The notes: generated by a model not told the origin, from the letters alone. Positions 9,504 through 18,863 are shown, counted from the stretch's first letter. The stretch: DNA of 64,000 bases from Actinomycetota bacterium (GCA_046744485.1 JBKPHE010000111.1:2590-66589), one strand, 5' to 3'. Made by a program: numbers and translations.

Positions 9504-11323
9504 CAATGGCTCGGAGATCGGAGCGGCCGTGGGTGCGCGTGGCGCTGGCCGCCCTCGCCTTCGCGGGCGCCGCCGTCGCGGTCTTCGGAGTGCTGTCGCC
9601 ACCCGAGCGCTGCCCGGCCGTGGACGCGGCCGAGCTGCGCGCATCGGCCACCGAGGCCGTCGACTGGTTCACGCGCAACCAGGAGCCCGACGGCACCTGG
9701 CTGTACCTCTACGACGCCGAGAGCGACACGGCCGCCGCCGACTACAACGTCGTCCGCCACATGGGCGCCGGCATGGGGCTCTACCAGGCGGCTTCCGCCG
9801 GGATCCCCGGTGCGCTGGAGGTCGCCGACCGTGGCACTGCATGGGCGCTCGGCCGGCTGTTCCAGCGTGACGACTGGGCCGCCCTCCGCTACCGCGGCGA
9901 GGTATCGTCGGGCGCGACGGCGCTTCTGGTCGCGGGGCTGGCCGAGCGGCGCACCGACACGGGAGACGATCGCTACGACGAGCTCCTCGCCCAGCTCGGC
10001 CGGTTCCTGCTGGCCCAGACCGAGCCTTCGGGTGCGGTGCTCGCCTTCTACGACGTCGGCGCCGGGCGTCCCATGCCGGGCGTGTACTCGAAGTACTACA
10101 CGGGGGAGACCTACTGGGCCCTGGCCCGCCTGAACCGCCTGTTCCCCGGTGGGCCCTGGGGCGACGCCGCCACTCGCATCGGCGCGTACCTCGCCACGAG
10201 GCGCGACGTCGACGAGGACCTCTGGCCACCCATCCCCGACCACTGGGCCGCCTACGGGCTGGCGGAGACCGTCGCATTCCGAGACCGGGAGAACGGTCAG
10301 CCGCTCACCGACGCCGAGCTGGCCTACGCGCGGCGGCAAGCGGGCCTGTTCGGCTCGCAGGTGCGGTGGGTGAGCCAGCGGTTCGGGCCGTGGGGCGTGC
10401 TCGTCAGGGGCCCACACGTCCCCCGGGGTGGCGGCTACGGGGTCGTGGGGGAGGGACTCACCGGCCTCTGGCGGGTGGCGGAGGCCGACTCTCGCCTCGC
10501 CGACCTGCGCGCCCCCCTGACCGAGCGGGCAACGTGCATCGCGGGCCTGGCGGTCCGACAGCAGTCCGATGCTGCCGAGGCCCGTGACGCGGTGGCGCCC
10601 GGACGGGTGCGGGGCGCGTGGTTCCGCGACGGCGAAACGCGCATGGACGACCAGCAGCATGCGCTGTCCGCCCTGCTGCGGACCGTCGCCATCGTCGACG
10701 CCGCGGGCGGCGACGACTCCGCCGCCGGAGGCACGGGATCGGTGGTTCGGTCGCGCCCCGCGCCGTCGGCCTGGCTCTGGCTGGTCGCGCTGGTTGCGGT
10801 GGCCAACTCGTGCCGGGTGGCGCTCGGTGTGCCCCGACGCGATCGGTCCTGCCGGGACATTGCGGTCGTGGCGGCGCTCGGCGGCGCGGCGGGAGGCCTT
10901 ACCGTCTACCTCGTCTCGCTGGCCAGCGGACCGCTCCTCGACGCGCTCGACGTCAGCGCGCCAGCGTTCCGGATCGCCGCGGGAGCGGTCGGGGCCATCG
11001 CGGGCGCGGTCGCGCTCGTGCGCCCCGCGCCCTCGCCGGAGCCGGCGTTGCCGGGCCGGGGCGCGGCCGCGGTACCGGTCGCCGTGCCGCTGGTCGCAGG
11101 CCCGGCCCTCGTGTTCCTGGCCCTCAGCGCGCACGCTGACCGCGGTGCGGGCGTGGTGGCGCTCGCGCTCGCGATCGCCGTCGGTCTGGTCGCGATCATC
11201 GCCACCCGGGTGGGGGTGGACGGCGTCAGTGGCCCCATCCTCCGCTGGGCCACGCGGGCGACGGCCGCCGCGGCGGTGGTCGCGGCCGTGCTGCTCGTCG
11301 TCGACGGCGTGTTCGCCGTCTAG
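9500..11323 (+). CDS. fusion protein: signal-anchored alpha/alpha-toroid (prenyltransferase/terpene-cyclase-like) domain plus C-terminal MarC-like polytopic membrane domain
   Basis: 607-aa ORF overlapping the HTTM stop (TTGA; alternative ATG at 9506). QW-like motifs NQEPDGTWLY and AQTEPSGAV. The C-terminal ~190 aa are hydrophobic, and DVSAPAFRIAAGAVGAIAGAVAL resembles the MarC/UPF0056 signature. Confidence 0.55.
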   Translation: MTMARRSERPWVRVALAALAFAGAAVAVFGVLSPPERCPAVDAAELRASATEAVDWFTRNQEPDGTWLYLYDAESDTAAADYNVVRHMGAGMGLYQAASAGIPGALEVADRGTAWALGRLFQRDDWAALRYRGEVSSGATALLVAGLAERRTDTGDDRYDELLAQLGRFLLAQTEPSGAVLAFYDVGAGRPMPGVYSKYYTGETYWALARLNRLFPGGPWGDAATRIGAYLATRRDVDEDLWPPIPDHWAAYGLAETVAFRDRENGQPLTDAELAYARRQAGLFGSQVRWVSQRFGPWGVLVRGPHVPRGGGYGVVGEGLTGLWRVAEADSRLADLRAPLTERATCIAGLAVRQQSDAAEARDAVAPGRVRGAWFRDGETRMDDQQHALSALLRTVAIVDAAGGDDSAAGGTGSVVRSRPAPSAWLWLVALVAVANSCRVALGVPRRDRSCRDIAVVAALGGAAGGLTVYLVSLASGPLLDALDVSAPAFRIAAGAVGAIAGAVALVRPAPSPEPALPGRGAAAVPVAVPLVAGPALVFLALSAHADRGAGVVALALAIAVGLVAIIATRVGVDGVSGPILRWATRATAAAAVVAAVLLVVDGVFAV

Positions 11324-11484
11324 CGCCCGGGCCCACTACGGGCGAGAAAGCTCGGCCGATCGGGTGGGCGACCGCTCACCGGACTTGCGGCGCTCGACGT
11401 CGCCCTTTGCCCCGACGGCCTTGACGTAGTCACGAAAACCGACGCCTTCCTCTCATGGACGGACGGTACCCGCCGCGCGTCGCG

Positions 11485-12138
11485 TCAAAGCTTGGCCTCG
11501 CACCAGACGTGGCCCTGGCTGTCGACCACGGCCACGCTCGTGATGCTGTCGGGGTCGACGTCCAGCGTGGCCCCCCACGACGAATCGTGCTCGATGTCGA
11601 ACGGCACCAGGCGCGGCGCCTGGTCGTTGCGCTCGATGCGGAGCGCGTACGTCTCGTCGGGTACGGCGTAGCGCTCGATCTGATCGCTCCAGCCGGGCAG
11701 CGTCATGAACAGTGCCGCCTCGGGCTCGCGGTTCACGAACACGTGCCCGACCACCTCGCCGGCACCCGTGCGCATGGCGGCCCCCGCCGGGGTGGGGCGA
11801 GCCGACGGGCCGAGGCCAACCGCCAGGGCTAGGGCGGCGACGCAGGCCGCGAGCCCGAGCACGGCAAGGGCGCGAGAGCCGGGTCGGGCGCGGGGGGTAG
11901 TGGGCCGTTCCACGCGGGTCAGAGACGTCAGGACCCTCTCCTGGAACCCGGCCGGCGGCTCGGCGCTGGGTGCGAGCATGAGCAGCCGGTCTGCGTCGGC
12001 TGCAAGCGTGTCCACCAGCTGCTGGCAGGTGACGCAGCCCTCGAGGTGAGCGATCGCGGCGGCCCGCTCGGCGCCACCGAGGATCTCGAGCGCCAGCTCC
12101 GGTGCAACCGCGGCCAGGTCCGCGCAGTCCATGGCCAT
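11485..12138 (-). CDS. anti-sigma factor (zf-HC2 type), single-pass membrane protein
   Basis: ATG at 12138 shares one base with the sigma gene stop (TGATG). HxxxCxxC motif (HLEGCVTCQQL), one TM helix (ALAVLGLAACVAALALAVGL) and an extracytoplasmic C-terminal domain. Confidence 0.7.
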   Translation of the reverse strand: MAMDCADLAAVAPELALEILGGAERAAAIAHLEGCVTCQQLVDTLAADADRLLMLAPSAEPPAGFQERVLTSLTRVERPTTPRARPGSRALAVLGLAACVAALALAVGLGPSARPTPAGAAMRTGAGEVVGHVFVNREPEAALFMTLPGWSDQIERYAVPDETYALRIERNDQAPRLVPFDIEHDSSWGATLDVDPDSITSVAVVDSQGHVWCEAKL

Positions 12139-12689
12139 CACGGCGACACCCCGGCGAACAGGTCCCGCAGCTTGGCGAGGGCCAGGCGGAGCCGGGTCTT
12201 CACGGTGCCGATCGGGAGGTCCCACGCCTCGCTGATCTCCCGGGTGGTCAACCCGTAGTAGGCGGCCGCCATGAGGGTCTCGCGTTGCTCGGTGGGAAGC
12301 GACCGCAGGCCGTCGGCGATCGCGGCGAGATCGCCGATCGGGCTCAACACGTCGGCGTCACCGGCCATGTCGTCGATCCCTCCCATGGGATCGACCGCCA
12401 CGTGATCCAGTCGGCGCTGGCTGGTCGTCACGTGGTCGAGGGCCGCATTCCGGGTGATCCGGAGGAGCCAGGCAGCGACAGAGCCCCGGCGCGGGTCATA
12501 GCTGGCGCCGTATCGCCAGGCGCGCACGAAGGCGTCCTGCGCCACCTCCTGGGCGGCCTGGCGGTCGCGCGTTATGGCCAGTGCGAGCCCGTAGACGCGG
12601 CCCTGGAAGCGGTTGACGAACACCCGCGCGATGTCGCCATCACCCGTGGTGAAGCCGGCAACCAGGGCCTCGTCCGACGCGTTCCACAC
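12138..12689 (-). CDS. ECF (sigma-70 family) RNA polymerase sigma factor
   Basis: C-terminal part of the 513-aa tracked ORF. Region 2 (DAFVRAWRYGASYDPRRGSVAAWLLRITRNAALD) and region 4 HTH (YYGLTTREISEAWDLPIGTVKTRL). GTG start chosen at 12689; GTG 12734 is an alternative. Confidence 0.8.
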   Translation of the reverse strand: MWNASDEALVAGFTTGDGDIARVFVNRFQGRVYGLALAITRDRQAAQEVAQDAFVRAWRYGASYDPRRGSVAAWLLRITRNAALDHVTTSQRRLDHVAVDPMGGIDDMAGDADVLSPIGDLAAIADGLRSLPTEQRETLMAAAYYGLTTREISEAWDLPIGTVKTRLRLALAKLRDLFAGVSP

Positions 12690-12770
12690 ACTGTTCTCTA
12701 CCGCCGATGCGGGGCGCGCAGATCTTTCCCCCACGAGATCCCAGCGGCGTCGCCGGCAGGTATTTCCGGT

Positions 12771-13259
12771 ATGCGGACGCAGACCAGCCCCGACGCCACG
12801 GCGTTCCCCGCCTCCTCCTCCCAGCACGCGCTGCGGCGTTGGGGCTGGCTGATCGCCCGCGGCCTGGGTGCCCTGTCCGTCCTGGCCGTCGGCGTCATCC
12901 ACCTCCAGCAGTACTACGGGCCTTACGCGGCCATCCCGACCATCGGGACCCTCTTCGTCGTGAACTTCGTGGCGGCGACGGTCATCGGCGTGGCGCTTCT
13001 CCTGCCGCTCGAGGATCTGGCCGGCCGGTGGGCCGGCGCGGTCGTGGCCCTCGTCACGGCGGGTGGGATCGCCTTGGCCGGTGGCTCGTTCGTGCTGCTG
13101 CTCATCAGCGAGCGCAGGCCGCTCTTCGGATTTCAGGAACCGGGCTACGACCCGACCGCGATCGCGCTCTCCCGGGCGACGGAGATCGCCGCCGTCGTCA
13201 TGCTGAGCACCTCGTTGGTCGCCCGGTTCGCCACCCGAGCACCGAAGGCTCGCTGGTAG
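12771..13259 (+). CDS. hypothetical four-helix membrane protein
   Basis: ATG at 12771 within the 385-aa tracked ORF, divergent from the ECF sigma gene. The 162-aa hydrophobic product has high GC3. No family recognised. Confidence 0.55.
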   Translation: MRTQTSPDATAFPASSSQHALRRWGWLIARGLGALSVLAVGVIHLQQYYGPYAAIPTIGTLFVVNFVAATVIGVALLLPLEDLAGRWAGAVVALVTAGGIALAGGSFVLLLISERRPLFGFQEPGYDPTAIALSRATEIAAVVMLSTSLVARFATRAPKARW

Positions 13260-13323
13260 CCGCAGCCGTGGGCGCGGTGCGGCGTTCCTCGCGACAAACC
13301 CCCCAACCAAGGAGATGGAGCAC

Positions 13324-13863
13324 ATGAAGCGACTACCCACCTCCGCGGCCATCGTCGCCGCCGCCCTGGCGCTGGGCGCATGCGGCTCGAGCGGCGACGA
13401 CAACAGCGACGCGTCGTCGGGGGCCCCCGCCAGCGGCGCCGCCACCGTCTCGGTCGAGCACGTCGACGGCGTCGGTGACGTCCTCTTCGACCAGGAGGGG
13501 CTGGCGCTGTACACCCCCGAGCAGGAGGCGGACGGCAAGGTGCTCTGCACTGACTCGTGTGAGGCGTTCTGGAAGCCGCTCGAGCCCGGCTCCGGCACCC
13601 CCGCCGCCGAGGCCGGCGTCGCCCGACTGGCCGTGATCATGCGCCCGGACGGCACCGAGCAGGTCACCGCCGACGGCAAGCCCCTCTATACCTTCACCGA
13701 GGACTCGAAGGGCAAGGTCACCGGCAACGACTTCTCCGACGACTTCGGCGGTCAGCAGTTCACCTGGCACGCCGTCCTGTCGGACAAGACGGGCACGGGC
13801 TCGTCCGGCGGCGGGACGCCCACCACCAGCTCGAGCAACAGCGGGTCCGGCCCCAGCTACTGA
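13324..13863 (+). CDS. secreted lipoprotein of the Yx(FWY)xxD-repeat (COG4315/Lipoprotein_15-like) family
   Basis: Lipobox LALGAC. Repeats LALYTPEQEADG..CTDSCEAFWKP and KPLYTFTEDSKG. AAGGAG lies 9 nt before ATG 13324. Paralogue at 23493-24020. Confidence 0.8.
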   Translation: MKRLPTSAAIVAAALALGACGSSGDDNSDASSGAPASGAATVSVEHVDGVGDVLFDQEGLALYTPEQEADGKVLCTDSCEAFWKPLEPGSGTPAAEAGVARLAVIMRPDGTEQVTADGKPLYTFTEDSKGKVTGNDFSDDFGGQQFTWHAVLSDKTGTGSSGGGTPTTSSSNSGSGPSY

Positions 13864-13895
13864 CACCGACAGCTTCTGACACCGACGGCTGTCAG
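13860..13895. terminator. tandem 11-nt duplication with short hairpin just after the lipoprotein stop
   Basis: CTGACACCGAC occurs at 13860-13870 and 13876-13886. The second copy can pair CTGACA (13876-81) with TGTCAG (13890-95). A terminator role is only inferred from position. Confidence 0.25.
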
Positions 13896-14049
13896 GGCCT
13901 CCTGGCGCTGGATTGGTTGCTGGGCAACCACTTCGGCGCCAGAAGGGGCGCAACGATGCCGCGTGGCGCGACGTCCGTTTCTGGGTCCGGTCAGATTGTG
14001 TCGGGCTAGAGTGACGGCTGGTCCCGGCGTCCTTCGGTGGGGGGTGGCG

Positions 14050-15282
14050 ATGTCCCGCAAGATCGACTTCCTGGTCTTCGACGCCGACAACCACATGTAC
14101 GAGACGACCGAGGCCTTCACGAAGTACCTGCCGCAGGCATACGAGGGCGTCGTCAAGTACGTGGAGGTCAACGGGCGGACCAAGATCGCGTTGAAGAACA
14201 AGATCAGCGAGTACATCCCCAACCCCACGTTCAACGTGGTCGCGCCGCCCGGGGCCCAGGAGCTCGAGTTCAAGCTGAAGAACCCGTCGTCGAAGACCCG
14301 GGCCAGCGACGGTGACATCGAGGTGGCGCCCCCGCCGAGGTACATCCCCTCGATCCCGGCCTTCTTCAACCCCGAGGACCGCGTCGTGCTCATGGACGAG
14401 CTCAGCATCGACCGGGCCATGATGTGGCCGACGTTGGCCAGCCTGCTCGAAGAGCGTCTGGCGGACGACCCGAAGGCCACGCACGCGGTCATCCACGCCC
14501 TCAACCAGTGGATGCACGAGCACTGGACCTTCGACTTCGAGGGCCGCATCTTCCCGACGCCGATCGTCACGCTGCCCATCCTCGACGAGGCCCTGCGTGA
14601 GCTCGACTGGGTGCTCGAACACGGCGCCCGCGCCATCCTCGTACGGCCCGCCCCGGTGCCCGACTACAACGGGCGCCGGCGCTCGTTCGCGCTCGAGGAG
14701 TTCGACCCGTTCTGGGAGCGGGTCCAGGCGTCGGGCGTGCTTGTCGGCATGCACGCCTCCGACAGCGGGTTCCAGCGCTACCTCAACGAGTGGGAGGGTC
14801 ACGACGCCGAGTTCCTGCCGTTCGTGCGCAAGCGGTCCGCCTTCGCCGCGATCCTCGGTGCCGACCATCGCACCATCAGTGACGTCGTCGCCTCGATCAT
14901 CGGGCACGGGCTCGCGACCCGCTTCCCCGACCTCCGGTTCGTCCCCGTCGAGAACGGCAGCGCCTGGGTGCGGCCGCTGGTTCACAAGCTCGAGAGGCTC
15001 TACGACCGGTCGCCCAAGCTGTTCGACGAGGACCCCATGGTGGCGTTCAAGCGCTCGATCTTCGTCCACCCGTTCCACGAGGAGGACACGATCGGCCTCG
15101 TGAAGTTGCTCGGGGCAGACAACGTGGTGTTCGGCTCCGACTACCCCCATCCGGAGGGCCTGTTCGACCCCGTCACGTTCGTCGACGAGCTCGACGGGCT
15201 GCCGGAAGAAGACAAGCGCAAGGTGATGGGTGCGAACCTCGCGAGGCTCATGGGCGTCGATCCCGTGGCCAAGGCCGCCTGA
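14050..15282 (+). CDS. amidohydrolase-2 (TIM-barrel metal-dependent hydrolase) family protein
   Basis: ATG at 14050 within the 439-aa ORF. N-terminal FDADNHMYE and C-terminal VVFGSDYPHPEG are typical of the PF04909-type family. Confidence 0.8.
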   Translation: MSRKIDFLVFDADNHMYETTEAFTKYLPQAYEGVVKYVEVNGRTKIALKNKISEYIPNPTFNVVAPPGAQELEFKLKNPSSKTRASDGDIEVAPPPRYIPSIPAFFNPEDRVVLMDELSIDRAMMWPTLASLLEERLADDPKATHAVIHALNQWMHEHWTFDFEGRIFPTPIVTLPILDEALRELDWVLEHGARAILVRPAPVPDYNGRRRSFALEEFDPFWERVQASGVLVGMHASDSGFQRYLNEWEGHDAEFLPFVRKRSAFAAILGADHRTISDVVASIIGHGLATRFPDLRFVPVENGSAWVRPLVHKLERLYDRSPKLFDEDPMVAFKRSIFVHPFHEEDTIGLVKLLGADNVVFGSDYPHPEGLFDPVTFVDELDGLPEEDKRKVMGANLARLMGVDPVAKAA

Positions 15283-15313
15283 CCCGCTCGCCGGTTGTGA
15301 GAAGGAGGTCCCG

Positions 15314-16198
15314 GTGGATCACGTAGAGCTCATGGCCGTGGCGCGCGATGTCGAGAACATCGCCATCGATCCGAGCGACATCCTGGTCACCGACCAGGTC
15401 GCGGTCGTGACCGCGGGTGGTGGCGGCATCGGGCAGGGTGTGGCCCTGGGCTTGGCCCGCTTCGGAGCCGACGTCGCGGTGCTCGACGTGGCCCCCGAGC
15501 GCTGCACCGCGACGGAGGCGGCGATCGAGCGGCTCGGACGCCGGGCCCTGGGGATCCCGTGCGACGTCATGGATGCCGAGCAGATCCGGACGGCCATTGC
15601 CACCACGCTCGAGCGGTTCGGACGCATCGACATCCTGGTCAACAACGCCGGCGGGGTGCGCGGTGGGCCGTTCGTGACCATGCCGGAGCGGAGCATGCGC
15701 CGTCATGTGGAGATCAACATGATCAGCATGCTCGTTGCCACGCAGGAGGTCGCCAGGGCCATGATCGACGCCGGGAACGGCGGCTCGATCGTCAACGTCG
15801 CCAGCATCGAGGCCTTTCGGGCGGCGCCCATGTTCGCGGTCTACGCGGCCTGCAAGGCGGGCATGGCCAGCTTCACGCGGACCATGGCGTTGGAGCTGTC
15901 GGAGCACGGCATCAGGGTCAACTGCATCGCCCCCGACCACACCGTGACCCCCGGCTTGCGGGGTAACCGCACCGGCCCGGTCGACCCGAGCACATGGCCG
16001 GATTCGTCGGAGGACTGGTCCAAGCTTGTGCCCCTCGGCCGCGAGGGTCTCGTCGAGGAGTGCGCCAGCACGGTGGTGTGGCTGTGCTCGAAGATGTCCG
16101 ACTACGTCACGGGCGACACGATCCACGTCGACGGCGGCACGTGGGCCTCGTCCGGATGGCTGCGCCGAGACGACGGCAACTGGACGCTCAACCCGTAG
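15314..16198 (+). CDS. SDR family oxidoreductase
   Basis: GTG at 15314 lies 5 nt after GAAGGAGG. Motifs TAGGGGIGQG, NNAG and YAACKAGM. Confidence 0.85.
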   Translation: MDHVELMAVARDVENIAIDPSDILVTDQVAVVTAGGGGIGQGVALGLARFGADVAVLDVAPERCTATEAAIERLGRRALGIPCDVMDAEQIRTAIATTLERFGRIDILVNNAGGVRGGPFVTMPERSMRRHVEINMISMLVATQEVARAMIDAGNGGSIVNVASIEAFRAAPMFAVYAACKAGMASFTRTMALELSEHGIRVNCIAPDHTVTPGLRGNRTGPVDPSTWPDSSEDWSKLVPLGREGLVEECASTVVWLCSKMSDYVTGDTIHVDGGTWASSGWLRRDDGNWTLNP

Positions 16199-16245
16199 GG
16201 CCCCGTCCCGGCTCGTCGCCGGGCCCACGGTCCGGCCGCGATCGG

Positions 16246-17067
16246 TCACGCCTCGACGAGGTTCGCCTTCAACGCGGCGAGGCCGTCGCCGTCCACGCCG
16301 TTGGCCAGGAGGAATCCGGTGACCGATCCGTGGCGGGCGCGCATCCAAGCCAGCAGGGTCGGAATGGCATCGCCGTGCATCTCGCGGACCGCGGCTGGCA
16401 GGTTCGCCAGGAAGGCGTAGTAGTCGGGCTCGTGGACCCGCAGATAGGCGTTCCGCGCCGCCCGTGACTCGCCCGTCAGCATGTAGTCGTCGACGATGTC
16501 TTCGTCGCGCACGCCAATCGCGCTGAGGATGATCGCGGCCAGGATCCCGGTCCGATCCTTGCCGGCCGTGCAGTGGAACACGGCGGGAAGGGCGCCGGGC
16601 CGGGCCAACAGGGTGACCGCGTCGGCGATCGCGCGCCGACCCTCGCCGGCCATCGCGACGTAGCCCTCACCCACCGACCGCGACGGGGCGCCCGGTGCCG
16701 GCTCGACCGGCCGCTTGGGCCCGCCCACGACATCGATCATGGGCACGTGGTGCACGACGAGCGCGCCGTCGTGCCGGAAGCGCCCGTGGTCGTCCAACTC
16801 GTGTTGCGAGCGAAGGTCGATGATCGACCGCAGGCCCAGCTCGAGAAGCAGATCCAGGTCCGGACCGTCGAGGCGATGCAGCGTGTCGGCCCGGTAGAGC
16901 GTCTTCCACCGCACCCGCCTTCCCTCGGCGGTCTCGTAGCCGCCGAGGTCTCGGAAGTTGAAGCACGTGTCGAAGCGGATCAGGCGTTCGGCGAACGTCG
17001 TCACGCCCGCCAAGCTATCGACGCGGGGTTCAGCGGGCCGGAAGGCAGCGTGAACGTCCGATGGCAA
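16246..17067 (-). CDS. protein-tyrosine phosphatase (Y_phosphatase3-like)
   Basis: 273-aa ORF with the CX5R active-site loop HCTAGKDRTG. Confidence 0.8.
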   Translation of the reverse strand: MPSDVHAAFRPAEPRVDSLAGVTTFAERLIRFDTCFNFRDLGGYETAEGRRVRWKTLYRADTLHRLDGPDLDLLLELGLRSIIDLRSQHELDDHGRFRHDGALVVHHVPMIDVVGGPKRPVEPAPGAPSRSVGEGYVAMAGEGRRAIADAVTLLARPGALPAVFHCTAGKDRTGILAAIILSAIGVRDEDIVDDYMLTGESRAARNAYLRVHEPDYYAFLANLPAAVREMHGDAIPTLLAWMRARHGSVTGFLLANGVDGDGLAALKANLVEA

Positions 17068-17152
17068 CGCGGCAGTCTTTGGTCTCCGTCCAGCTATGCA
17101 CCTACGGTCCTGCCGGTACCTGCCGCCGTATCGGGACCGGGAGCGCCGCGCG

Positions 17153-18301
17153 ATGGTCAGAGATTCGCAGATCGAGCCGTTCGACGTGGACGTCCCCGCC
17201 GATGACCTCGAGGACCTACGCCGGCGCCTCGCCGGTGCGCGGTGGCCCAGCGCGGCGCCGGAGCCCGCCTGGGAGCAGGGGACCGACCTGGCCTACCTCC
17301 GCGAGCTGGTCGGCTACTGGCTCGAAGGCTTCGACTGGCGGGCGCAGGAGCGCCGGCTCAACCAGCTCGACCACTTCTTGACGGAGATCGACGGGCAGCG
17401 CGTCCACTTCGTGCACGCCCGCTCTCGCCACGCGCAGGCCCTGCCGCTCGTGCTCAGCCACGGCTGGCCGGGGTCGATCGTCGAGTTCCTCGACGTGTTC
17501 GGGCCGCTCACCGACCCGTCCGATCCGGCCGACGCGTTCCACGTCGTGGCCCCGTCACTTCCCGGATACGGGTTCTCGGGCCCGGTGTCCGAGCCCGGCT
17601 GGCACCCGCGCCGCATGGCCCAGGCGTTCACTGTGCTCATGGACCGGCTCGGCTACACGCGCTATGGCGTCCAGGGCGGCGACTGGGGGTCGCTCGTGAG
17701 CCAGAACATGGCGGATCTCGCGCCCGATCGGGTGGCGGGGCTGCACCTCAACTTCGTGAGCGTTCCCCGGCCGAGCGCCGAGCGTGTCCAGGAGCTGGAT
17801 CCCGAGGAGCGGGCCAGCGTCGAGCGGCTGACCGCGTTCCAGGAGACCGGTGCCGGGTACTCGGCCATCCAGGCCACGAAGCCGCAGACGCTGGGCTACG
17901 CCCTCGACGACTCGCCGACCGGGCTGGCGGCCTGGATCGTCGAGAAGTTCCGCGCCTGGAGCGACTGCGGCGGCGACATCGAGCGGTCCTTCACCAAGGA
18001 TCAGCTGCTCACGAACGTCATGCTGTACTGGCTCACGCGCACCGCGACCTCGTCGGCCCGGCTGTACTACGAGATGCGAAGAGCCGGCCGGGCGGCCTTG
18101 CCCCAAGCGCGCGTCGACGTCCCCACCGGCATCGCCAACTACCCCGGCGAGATCACGCGCCTGCCTCGACGGTGGGTCGAGCACCGCTACCGCGTCACCC
18201 ATTGGGTCGACCAGCCGCGGGGCGGCCACTTCGCGGCGATGGAGGTCCCCGACCTGTTCGTCGACGACCTGCGTTCGTTCTTCCGGACCGTCAGGGCATG
18301 A
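17153..18301 (+). CDS. epoxide hydrolase (alpha/beta hydrolase with EHN N-terminal domain)
   Basis: ATG at 17153. N-terminal IEPFDVDVPADDLEDLRRRLAGARWP, oxyanion HGWPGS and nucleophile motif GGDWGS. Confidence 0.85.
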   Translation: MVRDSQIEPFDVDVPADDLEDLRRRLAGARWPSAAPEPAWEQGTDLAYLRELVGYWLEGFDWRAQERRLNQLDHFLTEIDGQRVHFVHARSRHAQALPLVLSHGWPGSIVEFLDVFGPLTDPSDPADAFHVVAPSLPGYGFSGPVSEPGWHPRRMAQAFTVLMDRLGYTRYGVQGGDWGSLVSQNMADLAPDRVAGLHLNFVSVPRPSAERVQELDPEERASVERLTAFQETGAGYSAIQATKPQTLGYALDDSPTGLAAWIVEKFRAWSDCGGDIERSFTKDQLLTNVMLYWLTRTATSSARLYYEMRRAGRAALPQARVDVPTGIANYPGEITRLPRRWVEHRYRVTHWVDQPRGGHFAAMEVPDLFVDDLRSFFRTVRA

Positions 18302-18344
18302 GGGGTCCGCCGTCGAGATGATGGCGCCCGGTGTGGACTAGGCA

Positions 18345-18863
18345 ATGGGCAAGGTGCGTGAGATCGGGTGCTCCAACTTCTCGGCCGATCGGCTCGCGGC
18401 CGCGGACGGGGCGGTCGCGGATGGCGCGGTCCGTTGTGTCAGCGTCCAGAACCACTACAACCTGCTCCACCGCGCCGACGAGGCGGACGTCCTGCCCATG
18501 TGCGAACGGCTGGTGCTGGCCCACATCCCTTACTTCCCGCTCGCCAGCGGCCTGCTGACCGGCAAGTACCGGCGAGGGGAGGCCCCGCCCGAGGGCACCC
18601 GCCTGGCCGGATGGGGCGATCGCGCCGACGCGATGTTGAGCGACCGCAACTTCGACCAGATCGACCGGCTCACCGCCTGGGCCGAGGCCCGGGGGCACAG
18701 CATCCTGGAGCTGGCTGTCGCGTGGTTCCTCGGCAAGCCCACGGTCGCCTCGGTCATCGCCGGCGCGACCACGGTCGCCCAGGTGGAAGCGAACGCCGCC
18801 GCGACCTGGCAGCTCTCGGCCGAGGAGGTCCTGGACGTCGACGCGATCACGGCGGCGTCGTGA
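18345..18863 (+). pseudogene. aldo/keto reductase, 5'-truncated (C-terminal half only)
   Basis: The 172-aa ORF begins inside the conserved GK(V/I)RxIGxSNF strand (MGKVREIGCSNF) and runs to a normal AKR C-terminus. The ~150-aa N-terminal half has no room, because the epoxide hydrolase stop is at 18301. Confidence 0.6.

Noticed and set aside
8825-11134. Very long minus-strand ORF (769 aa) and similar giants at 13333-15150 (-), 37457-39385 (-), 51041-53170 (+), 54254-56530 (+) and 5098-6675 (+).
   Set aside because: Their translations are Arg/Pro/Gly/Ala-rich with no motifs. Each lies antisense or out of frame to an ORF with clear family signatures. This is the expected stop-codon-poor shadow-frame artefact of ~70% GC DNA.
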